This document shows positions 16,312 to 25,215 of a stretch of DNA of 63,228 bases, piece by piece. Below the pieces are notes generated by a model that was not told the origin of the DNA, did not search any database, and saw only the letters and a program-made list of their open reading frames with translations. The translations under genes and the position numbers were made by a program. The stretch comes from a virus. Each line of letters starts with the position of its first letter. Positions within the stretch are counted from its first letter, which is position 1. The DNA lies in the IMG/VR virus record IMGVR_UViG_3300020595_000002, positions 1-63,228 of that record; one strand, written 5' to 3'.

Positions 16312-16569
16312 ATGATAGAAACACATCCTGTTCAAACCGAAGCAAACGGTAGAAGAGGCAGTGGAAAATCCCCAAAGGTTGTCACCATGAGGGCGTATGA
16401 GGTTTATTGCCACTTGCACAGTGAGCAAGAAGCAATGGTAACAGGAGGGTGTCGAGGAGGTTTCGGGACCGGAGAGCTAATAGCGTTCCTCTATGCACAT
16501 TCCTTCCCAAAAGAAGAATGGAAAGAAAGGGTTTTTGAAGCATTCAACGGAATGGAAAATATGGGTTAG
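16312..16569 (+). CDS. Hypothetical small protein (cargo of cassette-like insertion 2)
   Basis: SD AAGGTGA 5 nt before ATG 16312. The longest ORF starts at GTG 16303. Confidence 0.55.
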   Translation: MIETHPVQTEANGRRGSGKSPKVVTMRAYEVYCHLHSEQEAMVTGGCRGGFGTGELIAFLYAHSFPKEEWKERVFEAFNGMENMG

Positions 16570-16593
16570 GGGTATAACGGTTGAAATAAGCGC

Positions 16594-16620
16594 GCGGACG
16601 GGTTTTCCGTCCGCTTAATT
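16594..16620 (+). terminator. Possible weak terminator hairpin
   Basis: GCGGACGG-gtttt-CCGTCCGC followed by TTAATT. Confidence 0.3.
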
Positions 16621-16680
16621 GACTGGTTAGCTTTTGGCAGTAATTGGTCGCAAATGATATCAAGCATTTAGGAGATTTTT

Positions 16681-16899
16681 ATGACACTAGAAAAATTGTT
16701 AAAAATGCAGGTTGAAAGCGAAAATTCTGTAACCGGTGAAAAGGTGCAATGCAGTCCTGAGTTCAGAGTTGCTGTGCAAAACACCGAAGCAGAGATTGGT
16801 GGTAAAAAAGGGGTACATGTTATCATCCACGCCAGTGGCCATAACAGCGACACTTTGGACTTGCTGGTGGCTGGAAACAACACCTTCAAGATTTACTGA
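16681..16899 (+). CDS. Hypothetical protein
   Basis: SD AGGAG. 72 aa. Confidence 0.5.
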   Translation: MTLEKLLKMQVESENSVTGEKVQCSPEFRVAVQNTEAEIGGKKGVHVIIHASGHNSDTLDLLVAGNNTFKIY

Positions 16900-16909
16900 T
16901 TGGTTGTAT

Positions 16910-17389
16910 ATGAAAAACATGAGTCTTTTTTACCAAAACGGAGCTGAGTTCTCGGAGTGCCGAAAATACAGGTATGCCTTGTGGCGCATTTGGGACGAAA
17001 GAAAACCGTTGATTATGTTTATCGGCTTAAACCCCTCAACCGCAAATGAATCAACTGACGACCCAACAATACGAAGAGTTGTCAGTTTTGCAGCAAAATG
17101 GGGTTATGGCGGCGTATACATGATGAATCTCTTTGCCTGGGTTACGCCATATCCTGAAGAGTTGAGACAATGTGAGGACCCTTTGGGTGACAATGATGGT
17201 TGGCTTGAAAAGGTGTCTACTAGATGTGATCGGGTGATTTGTGCCTGGGGTGCTTTTAAAGAGGCTCGTGAGAGGGCTAAGAAAGTAAGGGAAATGTTTG
17301 AGGGCTACGCTTTGGTTGTAAATAGCGATGGGACTCCAAGGCACCCTCTGTATGTTCCAGGTAATACTGAACCAGTTAAGTATAGCTAA
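16910..17389 (+). CDS. DUF1643 domain protein
   Basis: CRKYRYALWRIWDE...LIMFIGLNPSTANESTDDPTIRRV is the DUF1643 signature. Start moved to ATG 16910, after the upstream stop. Confidence 0.7.
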   Translation: MKNMSLFYQNGAEFSECRKYRYALWRIWDERKPLIMFIGLNPSTANESTDDPTIRRVVSFAAKWGYGGVYMMNLFAWVTPYPEELRQCEDPLGDNDGWLEKVSTRCDRVICAWGAFKEARERAKKVREMFEGYALVVNSDGTPRHPLYVPGNTEPVKYS

Positions 17390-17414
17390 CGTTTAAATTA
17401 ACAGGTGAGCGAAT

Positions 17415-17678
17415 ATGAACATTGAACAAGAAGAAAATTTAACCCATGAAGAACAGGCTGAGTGGGAAAAACTCGCAGAGAAGAGCGAGTCCTCGTTGAA
17501 TGATGGGTTACCTGCCGAAGCCACCAGATGGCAAATAACGGATTGTAGAAAGTGCAAAAGCCATAACGGCTATTTAATAGAGGACGCAAGAGGGGATGCT
17601 GAATTTACCTGCCTTGACTGCGGTTTTTCGTGGTGGGTTGAATGGGTGTTATACAATAAATCAAAGGTGAAATTATGA
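17415..17678 (+). CDS. Hypothetical zinc-ribbon protein
   Basis: CRKC...CLDC. Conserved taacaggtgagcgaatATG initiation context. Confidence 0.6.
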   Translation: MNIEQEENLTHEEQAEWEKLAEKSESSLNDGLPAEATRWQITDCRKCKSHNGYLIEDARGDAEFTCLDCGFSWWVEWVLYNKSKVKL

Positions 17679-17953
17679 TAGATAGAAAGTTCAAAATATT
17701 AGCAATCAACCCATGCAAAGGAAAACATTACACAGAAGAAAATTCGATGCTTTTTTGTGCCAAGGACAAAGCTCTAGTGCCGACCCTTGAGGCATACCAC
17801 AACGAGTGTCTTAAATTGGGATGTGGATTAGAGCACCTTGAAAGTGTTGAGCTTTTGATAAGCAGAGTAAAGACATTCCAGAAAGATGAATGTCGCACAC
17901 CAGACACAGACACAGACTGTGAGATTGACCGCTGTATTGGTGGAAATGTATAA
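17675..17953 (+). CDS. Hypothetical protein
   Basis: 92-aa ORF with a 4-nt overlap with the upstream gene. Confidence 0.55.
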   Translation: MIDRKFKILAINPCKGKHYTEENSMLFCAKDKALVPTLEAYHNECLKLGCGLEHLESVELLISRVKTFQKDECRTPDTDTDCEIDRCIGGNV

Positions 17954-18038
17954 CGTGGAGATCACTGGCGTGCCCAGTGGTTGAATTAAAAACGACGTGC
18001 TTCTTCGCGTCCAGTGGATTTGCTTGTTAACTTCTTGA

Positions 18039-18236
18039 GTGGGCAAAATGGAACCGTTTTTTAATAGAAAACTAATTGAAAAAGCAATGGTAACACCAGA
18101 ACAGATGCAAAAAGCAAAAGACAATGGGAAACCATTTTCCTTTAAAGGCAAGGGAGTTGTTATATCTGGTTGGCTATTCAATGGTTGTGTTTACATCAAC
18201 GATATTCGGAATATTTCAAAATCGTATAGAAGTTAA
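18039..18236 (+). CDS. Hypothetical protein
   Basis: 65-aa ORF. GTG 18039 or ATG 18048 start. Weak SD. Confidence 0.4.
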   Translation: MGKMEPFFNRKLIEKAMVTPEQMQKAKDNGKPFSFKGKGVVISGWLFNGCVYINDIRNISKSYRS

Positions 18237-18288
18237 CGATTTAGGTAATGGGCTTGCGGAAGCATAGCCCGTAAATGAGGATAAAACT

Positions 18289-18522
18289 ATGGACAATTCA
18301 GAAGCAAGCAAGACGGGAAAACCGCTGAACTCCGCAAGTCCGATTGACCGCTTGGTTGGCCGACTTGACCCTTTCAGAGAGACACATTTTTCCAGGTTTA
18401 AACACAGCAGGTTCCGTTTCTGGCTTGGAACCAGAGAGTTGTGGGTGCAGATTTGGAAATATGCTTTTTGTATTCACTGGGGTGGAAGGGAAACCGGAAA
18501 GACATTTAAACTTGTCGGCTAA
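18289..18522 (+). CDS. Hypothetical protein
   Basis: SD GAGGA before the ATG. Competing overlapping ORFs (18344 +, 18298 -) were judged less likely. Confidence 0.45.
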   Translation: MDNSEASKTGKPLNSASPIDRLVGRLDPFRETHFSRFKHSRFRFWLGTRELWVQIWKYAFCIHWGGRETGKTFKLVG

Positions 18523-18596
18523 CGATGACTTGAGCGGCGTGGCTAGGGCGTGCCACGAAGAACCGCTATAATTCACGTCCGCTCAAAGGTGTGGTT

Positions 18597-18854
18597 ATGA
18601 AGCTCTATAAGTGCATTTGCGGTGACGACAAGGCCATATGTCCTGATTGTATGCAAGATTGGATTGAAATTGCAGAGGATAAGCTAAGCCAGATAGAAAC
18701 ATGGGTAAAAGCGTATCCATTGGCAGTCTTTCCGGAGCCAGATTTTACAAAGGCTGCAAGGGTGTTAAAAAACAACGGAATGACTCTTGATTCCATAAGC
18801 GCAAGTAACATGAGGCATGTGCTCAACGGAATAACCAGGATAATTTCTACATAA
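18597..18854 (+). CDS. Hypothetical Cys-containing protein
   Basis: SD AAGGTG 5 nt before ATG 18597. CICGDDKAICPDC. Confidence 0.55.
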   Translation: MKLYKCICGDDKAICPDCMQDWIEIAEDKLSQIETWVKAYPLAVFPEPDFTKAARVLKNNGMTLDSISASNMRHVLNGITRIIST

Positions 18855-18907
18855 CCACTTATTAACAGGTAAATTTGCCCTGATAATAGCTAAACCAATC
18901 ATTATCT

Positions 18908-19111
18908 ATGCCAGACAAAAAAAAGAAAAAAGAAAACGCTCTTAAAAAGTTTTCAGTCCTGTATGACCACCTCGAACAAACAGGACATACCGGCGATGTT
19001 CTCATTACACTGAGCTTCAATTGTGGCGGACTTCGGAACAGTGATTTAACTTGGTCCTTTCAGAATTATTTTAATTTGAGCATGGAAGAGAAGGTGCAAA
19101 ACAACAAATAG
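18908..19111 (+). CDS. Hypothetical protein
   Basis: 67-aa ORF, the last gene before the late promoter module. Confidence 0.5.
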   Translation: MPDKKKKKENALKKFSVLYDHLEQTGHTGDVLITLSFNCGGLRNSDLTWSFQNYFNLSMEEKVQNNK

Positions 19112-19139
19112 TTGCATCTTGATGTATAAACTGTATAAT
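19112..19139 (+). promoter_or_regulatory. Strong sigma70-like promoter (candidate late promoter)
   Basis: TTGCAT (19112-19117), 16-nt spacer, TATAAT (19134-19139). Confidence 0.6.
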
Positions 19140-19190
19140 AGTACCTGATAGGTTTCCTTGTGTCCCTCCCTTAATCGGGAGACTGACCAA

Positions 19191-19240
19191 AGCCCCTATA
19201 TGCGATTCTTCCCCTGGATTCGCGTGTAGGGGCTTTTTTA
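19191..19240 (+). terminator. Intrinsic terminator between the promoter and terS
   Basis: AGCCCCTA/TAGGGGCT 8-bp stem enclosing a second imperfect hairpin, followed directly by TTTTTTATTT. Confidence 0.75.
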
Positions 19241-19252
19241 TTTGGGGATTTG

Positions 19253-19870
19253 ATGGGAAAGAGAAAGACATACGATTGGGAAGCAATTGAAAGAGAGTTT
19301 CGCGCCAACCAACTTTCTATTCGTGAGATAGCCAGACAACACGGCTGTTCTGACGGAGCTATCCGTAAAAAAATGAAGGAGCTTGGAGTTGAGCGAGATC
19401 TTTCAAAGAAGGTCGCAGAGAAAGTACGCAATGAATTAGTACGCACAGAAGTACGCACTGCGAACCCACAGACCGAGAAGGAGATTGTTGAGGTTGCAGC
19501 TGCAAGGTCTGTTGAAGTTGTCCGTGGTCATAGAGCGAAACTTTCCCATGGTTCCAGTGTTGTAGAAAAGCTCTTTGGCCAACTAGACGAAGTTTGCACC
19601 AACCGTGAAGAGATTGAAGAAGAGATCGAAGAAGATACAAAGAACGACGAAAACCCTCAGCGTAGAAACATGATGCTCCGCGCAGTTTCTCTTCAGTCAA
19701 ACGCATCAACAGCAGTCAGTCTTTCAGCAGCACTTAAAAATCTCATCACCCTTGAGCGTCAGGCGTTCAACCTTGATGACGACAAGCAAGGATATACAGA
19801 GAAGAAGTTGAGCGAAATAGCAGATGAAATTGACGGTATAACCATAGGATTACCAAATGACCAAAACTGA
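19253..19870 (+). CDS. terS: Terminase small subunit
   Basis: N-terminal HTH (LSIREIARQHGCSDGAIRKKMKELG). Immediately precedes and overlaps TerL. Confidence 0.75.
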   Translation: MGKRKTYDWEAIEREFRANQLSIREIARQHGCSDGAIRKKMKELGVERDLSKKVAEKVRNELVRTEVRTANPQTEKEIVEVAAARSVEVVRGHRAKLSHGSSVVEKLFGQLDEVCTNREEIEEEIEEDTKNDENPQRRNMMLRAVSLQSNASTAVSLSAALKNLITLERQAFNLDDDKQGYTEKKLSEIADEIDGITIGLPNDQN

Positions 19871-21401
19871 ACAGCAATCCCTTGAGTATATCAAAGAACG
19901 CCTTTCAGACAGAGAATGGCGAATAGACAACCTGTATCACGTCAAAGACAAGTTTGGCAAGGTCGTTAAGTTTATTCGCAATCCTTCTCAGCGTAAATTC
20001 TGGATGGAAATGTGGTTTCTCAACATCATCCTTAAAGACAGGCAGCGAGGTTTTTCCACACTCATTGCCATGTTCATTCTTGATTACTGCCTTTTTAACT
20101 CCGGTACTGAAGCCGGAATCATCGATATCACCCTTGAAGATGCACAGAAGAAGCTGGCTAAAATCTCACTTGCCTATGAGATGCTCCCAGACTTTATCAA
20201 AGAGATGTACCCCGTTGAAGTTGACAACAAAAAGTCAATCGTCTGGAAGAACGGATCTTCTGTAAGTGTCGGCACCTCTCACCGTGGCGGAACACTGCAA
20301 CTTCTTCATATCTCAGAAATGGGAAAAATAGCCGCCAGGTTTCCAGAGAGAGCGAGAGAGATACGGACAGGAGCCCTGAACACTCTTGCCCCTGGAAACA
20401 TCATCTTCAATGAATCAACAGCAGAAGGTAATGCAGGTGAGTTCTTTGATGATTGCCAGGAAGCAAAGAGGAAGAAGGACGCAGGAGAAGGGCTGACTAA
20501 ACTTGATTACAAATTTCACTTCTTTGCCTGGTGGGAAGGAACTGAAAACGAGATAGGTCCAGAAAACGTTTATATCTCACCAGATCAGGACAAATACTTC
20601 AGGGAACTTGAGAAAGAACTTGGCTTCACCCTCTCGGAACGCAAGAAAGCCTGGTACGCCAAAAAAGAGAACCAGCAAAAAGGAGACATGAAGCGCGAGT
20701 ATCCAGGTACTCCAGAAGAAGCCTTTGAAGCTGCAATCGAAGGTGCATATCTCTCTAAAGCTCTTATCAAGATCACCAAGAAAGGCCAGATAACATCTAT
20801 TCCGCTTGAGCATGGTATTCCGGTAAACACTGGATGGGATTACGGGCTCAACGACAATATGACCATTTGGCTTCACCAGCGCGTTCAGTTCACTGAAAGA
20901 CTCATTGGCTACCTGGAAGGTTCAGACGACGATGTTCTCTATTACTGGAACAAAATAAACCGCGATTACGATTGTATTTGGGGATATCACTTTCTCCCTC
21001 ACGACTTCGGAGTTCGACGCGGAGGAACAGCGAAGGATCATGCTTCACCACCAAAGACTCTTGAGAAGATTCTCAGAGAAGGTGGAATGAGAGATACCAA
21101 GATCATTCCCAGGATTGACGACAAGCGCTCAGCTATAAACGAGGTCAAGCTATGGCTTCCGAAAGCGTTCATTGACAAAAAGGGTTGCGATAAAGGGCTT
21201 TCATGTCTCAGAAACTTCCGCCGTGAATGGGATGAGGCAAACGCCTGCTGGAAAGACAGACCAAAGCACGATTGGGCTATGCATGGCTATGACGGTCTTG
21301 AAACATTGGTCAGAGGCTTAAACGCCTACGGAACTATAGTTGAAAGCCAAGCCGGTGTGCAAACCAGAGCAAGAGCCCCACTTAACTGGAGAACTGCATA
21401 A
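19857..21401 (+). CDS. terL: Terminase large subunit
   Basis: 514 aa between terS and the portal gene. N-terminal ATPase-like region (RQRGFSTLIAMF). C-terminal nuclease-type GWDYGLNDNMT motif. Confidence 0.85.
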   Translation: MTKTEQQSLEYIKERLSDREWRIDNLYHVKDKFGKVVKFIRNPSQRKFWMEMWFLNIILKDRQRGFSTLIAMFILDYCLFNSGTEAGIIDITLEDAQKKLAKISLAYEMLPDFIKEMYPVEVDNKKSIVWKNGSSVSVGTSHRGGTLQLLHISEMGKIAARFPERAREIRTGALNTLAPGNIIFNESTAEGNAGEFFDDCQEAKRKKDAGEGLTKLDYKFHFFAWWEGTENEIGPENVYISPDQDKYFRELEKELGFTLSERKKAWYAKKENQQKGDMKREYPGTPEEAFEAAIEGAYLSKALIKITKKGQITSIPLEHGIPVNTGWDYGLNDNMTIWLHQRVQFTERLIGYLEGSDDDVLYYWNKINRDYDCIWGYHFLPHDFGVRRGGTAKDHASPPKTLEKILREGGMRDTKIIPRIDDKRSAINEVKLWLPKAFIDKKGCDKGLSCLRNFRREWDEANACWKDRPKHDWAMHGYDGLETLVRGLNAYGTIVESQAGVQTRARAPLNWRTA

Positions 21402-23659
21402 TGGCTGGTAAAAGCAAAGCAGAGCAATTCACTCACGACGACCTTTCTAAAATCTGGCATGAGATCCAGGAGCAACCATCGTGGCGTGTTCAAGCAAACC
21501 GTGAGATGGATTATAAAGATGGCAACCAGCTTGATTCAGCCATTCTCAACGAGCTTGCCCTTAAGGGTATTCCACCTTCCATTGAAAACGCCATTGGTCC
21601 TGTAGTTGATGATCTTACCGGCATGGAAGCCAAAAACCGCACCGACTGGCGAGTACAACCGGACGCAGATAAAGACCCTGAATCAGAGCAAGTCGCCGAA
21701 GCGCTCAACTTTAAATTGAATCAGGCCGAGCGCAGAAGTGGCGCAGATCGGTCTTGCTCCGATGCCTATGAGCCACAAATAGGTGTTGGCCTTGGTTGGG
21801 TTGAGGTTTCCCGTGAGGGAGATGCTTTTAAATATCCGTATCGATGCAGAGCCGTTCACCGTAATGAAATCTGGTGGGACTTTCTAGCTAAAGAGCCGGA
21901 CCTTTCAGATGCCCGTTGGCTTCTGCGTAGACGCTGGACTGATGTTGATATCGTCAAGATGATGTTCCCCAAGCATAAAGACCTTATCGAACAGTCCGGT
22001 ACTGGTTGGGGATCATTTGACCAACTCAACCTCACCTCAGATGATGCCGACGCAATGGAAAACCTCTATCAGTCGCAGGACATTGAACGAGGTTGGAGCG
22101 TTGAAGAACAGGAATGGCGCACCCCAGGAAGCAGGCGAATATGCATCTTTGAAATACTGGAAAGACGATGGGAACCAATGACCGTCATCAAAACTCCTGA
22201 CGGCAGGATTGTTGAGTTTGATAAATCCAACTCCGCACACCAGATGGCGGCAATAGCCTTTGGTAATGGTATTCCTGGCTATGTAATCAAGCAGATAACC
22301 GGAACCAAGATTTATAAGCACTTCTTCTTTGGTCCTCATAGGCTGCAGAGCGAACAATCAGAGTTCAACACCTTCAACTATGTGCCTTTTTGGGGAAAAC
22401 GAGAAGACCGAACAAATGTACCTTACGGCATTATTCGCTGGTTGATGTATTTGCAGGATGAAATAAACGCCCGTATCTCCAAAATGCAATGGCTACTCTC
22501 TGCGACCAGGACTGAAAGAACAGACGGCGCAGTTAAAATGACCGATGAAGTCTTTCGGCAGGAAGTAGGCCGTCCTGATGCTGATATTAAACTTGATCAC
22601 GAACATATGGCCTTGAGCGGCGCACGATTTGAGGTCAAACATAATGAACAGCTCAACCAACAACAGTTTCAACGGCTTCTCGATCTTCGTACTGTGGTTA
22701 AAACTATTTCCAGCGTTTCGGCGGCACTCTCAGGAGAAGAAGAGGCAACAAACGCCGGAGCTATGAGTCAGGCCATTGAGCAATCGATTCAAGGTTTGGC
22801 TAAAATAAATGATAATTTTGCCTTTGGACGCAAGCAAGTAGGTGATCTTCTACTCACTATGATTGTGAAAGACATGGAAGGGCAGCAGGAACAAGTCTTC
22901 ATACCAGGCGCACCGATTAAAGAAGATAAGCAGATCATTCTCAACGCTCCAGTAGAAGACGAGCAGAGCGGCCAACGATATCTTACCAACGATGTAGCCA
23001 GAACCAAGCTGCAGGTCACACTTGAAGAAGTACCAAGTACGCCATCGTTCAGACAACAGCAGCTTTCAGCGCTCTCTGAAGCCTTTAAGTCTGCTCCGCC
23101 TCAGTATCAAGCCGTGATGATGCCACACCTCATGCACCTCGCTAATGTGCCGAATAAGGACGATATCATTGCCGCCATCATGAAGATCAACGAACAAGCC
23201 AATCTTACAGAGGAACAGGTCGAGGAAAGAGTCAAAGAGGCCATTGAGCAGGCGAAAACAAAATGGATGGTCGAACAGAAGGACCGTGAGCTTGCAATCA
23301 AGGAGCGCGAGTCTTCAGCTAAGATTGAGCAGATTGAAGTGAAGAATGTTCTTGACCGGATTGAGGCCAAGTACAGCGCTATCCAAGCAGCCATTCAAGC
23401 CATCTTGAACCCTGGAGCAGCACCGGCCGCAGATCAGTTCTTGAAGTCAAGCGGTGATGAAGACCAGGACGCGGCCCCGTTACTTGCCGAACCAGGACAG
23501 GCGCAGATAAACACTGAGGCATTGCCGGACAAGAATACTTCTCCGATGTTCTCACCGAAGGTACAGGAACCGGATGTCGAAGAGTTACGGGAACCATTGG
23601 CCGAACCGATGCAAGAGGCTGATGAAGGAATGAATCATGGTATTGAAGCAGGGGTATAA
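21401..23659 (+). CDS. Portal protein
   Basis: 752 aa. 1-nt overlap with the terL stop. Canonical position, acidic C-terminus. Confidence 0.75.
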   Translation: MAGKSKAEQFTHDDLSKIWHEIQEQPSWRVQANREMDYKDGNQLDSAILNELALKGIPPSIENAIGPVVDDLTGMEAKNRTDWRVQPDADKDPESEQVAEALNFKLNQAERRSGADRSCSDAYEPQIGVGLGWVEVSREGDAFKYPYRCRAVHRNEIWWDFLAKEPDLSDARWLLRRRWTDVDIVKMMFPKHKDLIEQSGTGWGSFDQLNLTSDDADAMENLYQSQDIERGWSVEEQEWRTPGSRRICIFEILERRWEPMTVIKTPDGRIVEFDKSNSAHQMAAIAFGNGIPGYVIKQITGTKIYKHFFFGPHRLQSEQSEFNTFNYVPFWGKREDRTNVPYGIIRWLMYLQDEINARISKMQWLLSATRTERTDGAVKMTDEVFRQEVGRPDADIKLDHEHMALSGARFEVKHNEQLNQQQFQRLLDLRTVVKTISSVSAALSGEEEATNAGAMSQAIEQSIQGLAKINDNFAFGRKQVGDLLLTMIVKDMEGQQEQVFIPGAPIKEDKQIILNAPVEDEQSGQRYLTNDVARTKLQVTLEEVPSTPSFRQQQLSALSEAFKSAPPQYQAVMMPHLMHLANVPNKDDIIAAIMKINEQANLTEEQVEERVKEAIEQAKTKWMVEQKDRELAIKERESSAKIEQIEVKNVLDRIEAKYSAIQAAIQAILNPGAAPAADQFLKSSGDEDQDAAPLLAEPGQAQINTEALPDKNTSPMFSPKVQEPDVEELREPLAEPMQEADEGMNHGIEAGV

Positions 23660-23662
23660 AAA

Positions 23663-23920
23663 ATGTCTTGGAGATTGGCAAATGATCCACCGAAGGGTCA
23701 AAAAAACAAATGGAGTAAGAAGGTTGTTGCTTTGACTAATTACAGAAACGTTTTCATGCTGTCTCACTATCGCGGAGACGATGATTCGTGCTGGCAAAGA
23801 CTCTCTGCTTTTGAAAAAGGAGAGAAAGTTACGTGGTGGAAATATCCACCACCTCTTACCATCCCTGAGTTTATGAATAGTCTCAGGAAAGACTCAAAGG
23901 ACTGTGAAGCAGGAGCGTAA
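23663..23920 (+). CDS. DUF551-like small protein inserted in the head module
   Basis: C-terminal VTWWKYPPPL resembles the DUF551 HWMPxPxPP end. Paralogous in layout to 42931-43140. Confidence 0.45.
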   Translation: MSWRLANDPPKGQKNKWSKKVVALTNYRNVFMLSHYRGDDDSCWQRLSAFEKGEKVTWWKYPPPLTIPEFMNSLRKDSKDCEAGA

Positions 23921-23988
23921 AGCTCTTTTTAACCATATAAACCTCCTATTTTCGCGGCCTGAGCGATATCAGGAAAGGAGCAAAGAAC

Positions 23989-25011
23989 ATGGCAGAATTT
24001 GAAGAAGTACAAGCAGCATACGACGAAGGACAGATTACCGAAGATCAGTACAATAGTTTTCTCAACGGTGATGAGCTTGAGCTTGATGGCGATACCGCAG
24101 ACGATGAAGCTGCAAAAGCAGCCGATGCAGATGCGGAAAGTGGAGATTCGCCAGCCTCCATAGCAACCGACGAGACTGATACCGGCGCAGTAAAAGCCGA
24201 AGATTCTCAAAACACCGAGGATGATGAGCAGGGAAAGGAGCCAGTTGTATTGACGGCTGATGGTAAGCACACCATTCCTTACTCCGAGCATAAAGAGTTG
24301 CGTGATTCTGTGAAGGAGTTGAAAGAGCAGAATCAGCAGCTTAATGACATGCTCCAGGAGAACAAGACCTTTATGGATGAGCTCAAGGCGGCACAGAAAA
24401 CCGATGCAGCCGAGGGCAACACTGAAGCAACGGACGAGCTTTTTGCCGACCTGGAAGAAGACTATCCTGATGTTGCCAAGACCATAAAAGACATGCGCTC
24501 CGAGCTTTCCGAGTTGAAAGCAAAGGATGAGGAAAAAGTAAAAGCCGACGAAGCAGCTACCGAGGCAGAGAAAAGGCAGGCAGAGTTTGACGGTAAAGTG
24601 TCAGAGCTTGCCCCGAACTATGAGCAGGTAAAAGCAACTGATGAATTTTGGACATGGTTTGAGAAACAACCCTCATATGTCCAGGTTGCCGCCCGTTCTG
24701 GTGATCCTCAAGCGGTAGCAGATATCATCAAATCTTACGAGTCCCAACAACCCGCAGCCGATAGCGATACATCGGAGAAGGACAAGAAGAAGGATGATCC
24801 AGAGGCAACGGCCAAGAAAGTAGCCGATGCACTTGATAAGGCCGGTAAGAACAAAAAAGGTGTGCAATCGTTATCTGATATACCCGGTGGTTCTCATCCT
24901 GCACACGATGCAGAAGAGGCATTTAACGCACTTCCCGAAGATCAGCAGTTGGAGAAGTTGCAAGGCATGACTCCAGAACAAATTAATCAATGGCTGGCAA
25001 AGGCGGTTTAA
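23989..25011 (+). CDS. Scaffolding protein
   Basis: Highly acidic, coiled-coil-rich 340 aa, located between the portal and the major capsid gene. Confidence 0.6.
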   Translation: MAEFEEVQAAYDEGQITEDQYNSFLNGDELELDGDTADDEAAKAADADAESGDSPASIATDETDTGAVKAEDSQNTEDDEQGKEPVVLTADGKHTIPYSEHKELRDSVKELKEQNQQLNDMLQENKTFMDELKAAQKTDAAEGNTEATDELFADLEEDYPDVAKTIKDMRSELSELKAKDEEKVKADEAATEAEKRQAEFDGKVSELAPNYEQVKATDEFWTWFEKQPSYVQVAARSGDPQAVADIIKSYESQQPAADSDTSEKDKKKDDPEATAKKVADALDKAGKNKKGVQSLSDIPGGSHPAHDAEEAFNALPEDQQLEKLQGMTPEQINQWLAKAV

Positions 25012-25215
25012 ATGACGGCAAAAACATTAGCACAGATTCTTTACCGTACCGCCAAGTTCTTTGTCGGATTACTTGAAAAAGAGCTTGGCATAAAGAAGCA
25101 GCCGAAACAGCCAAAATAAAATATTCGATCATAGCACCCGCTTTCTAAGCCGCTGCCTTGATTCTACCTATCGCGCCTTTTGTGGCCCCATGGGATAACC
25201 CGACGAGGTTTTATC

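Noticed and set aside
16736-16909. Long N-terminal extension of the DUF1643 ORF, overlapping the 16681-16899 ORF.
   Set aside because: DUF1643 homology begins after ATG 16910. The extension overlaps an SD-preceded upstream ORF in another frame.
25012-25119. 35-codon ORF (MTAKTLAQILYRTAKFFVGLLEKELGIKKQPKQPK) right after the scaffold stop.
   Set aside because: There is no SD and no supporting feature beyond being open. It is not reported as a gene.
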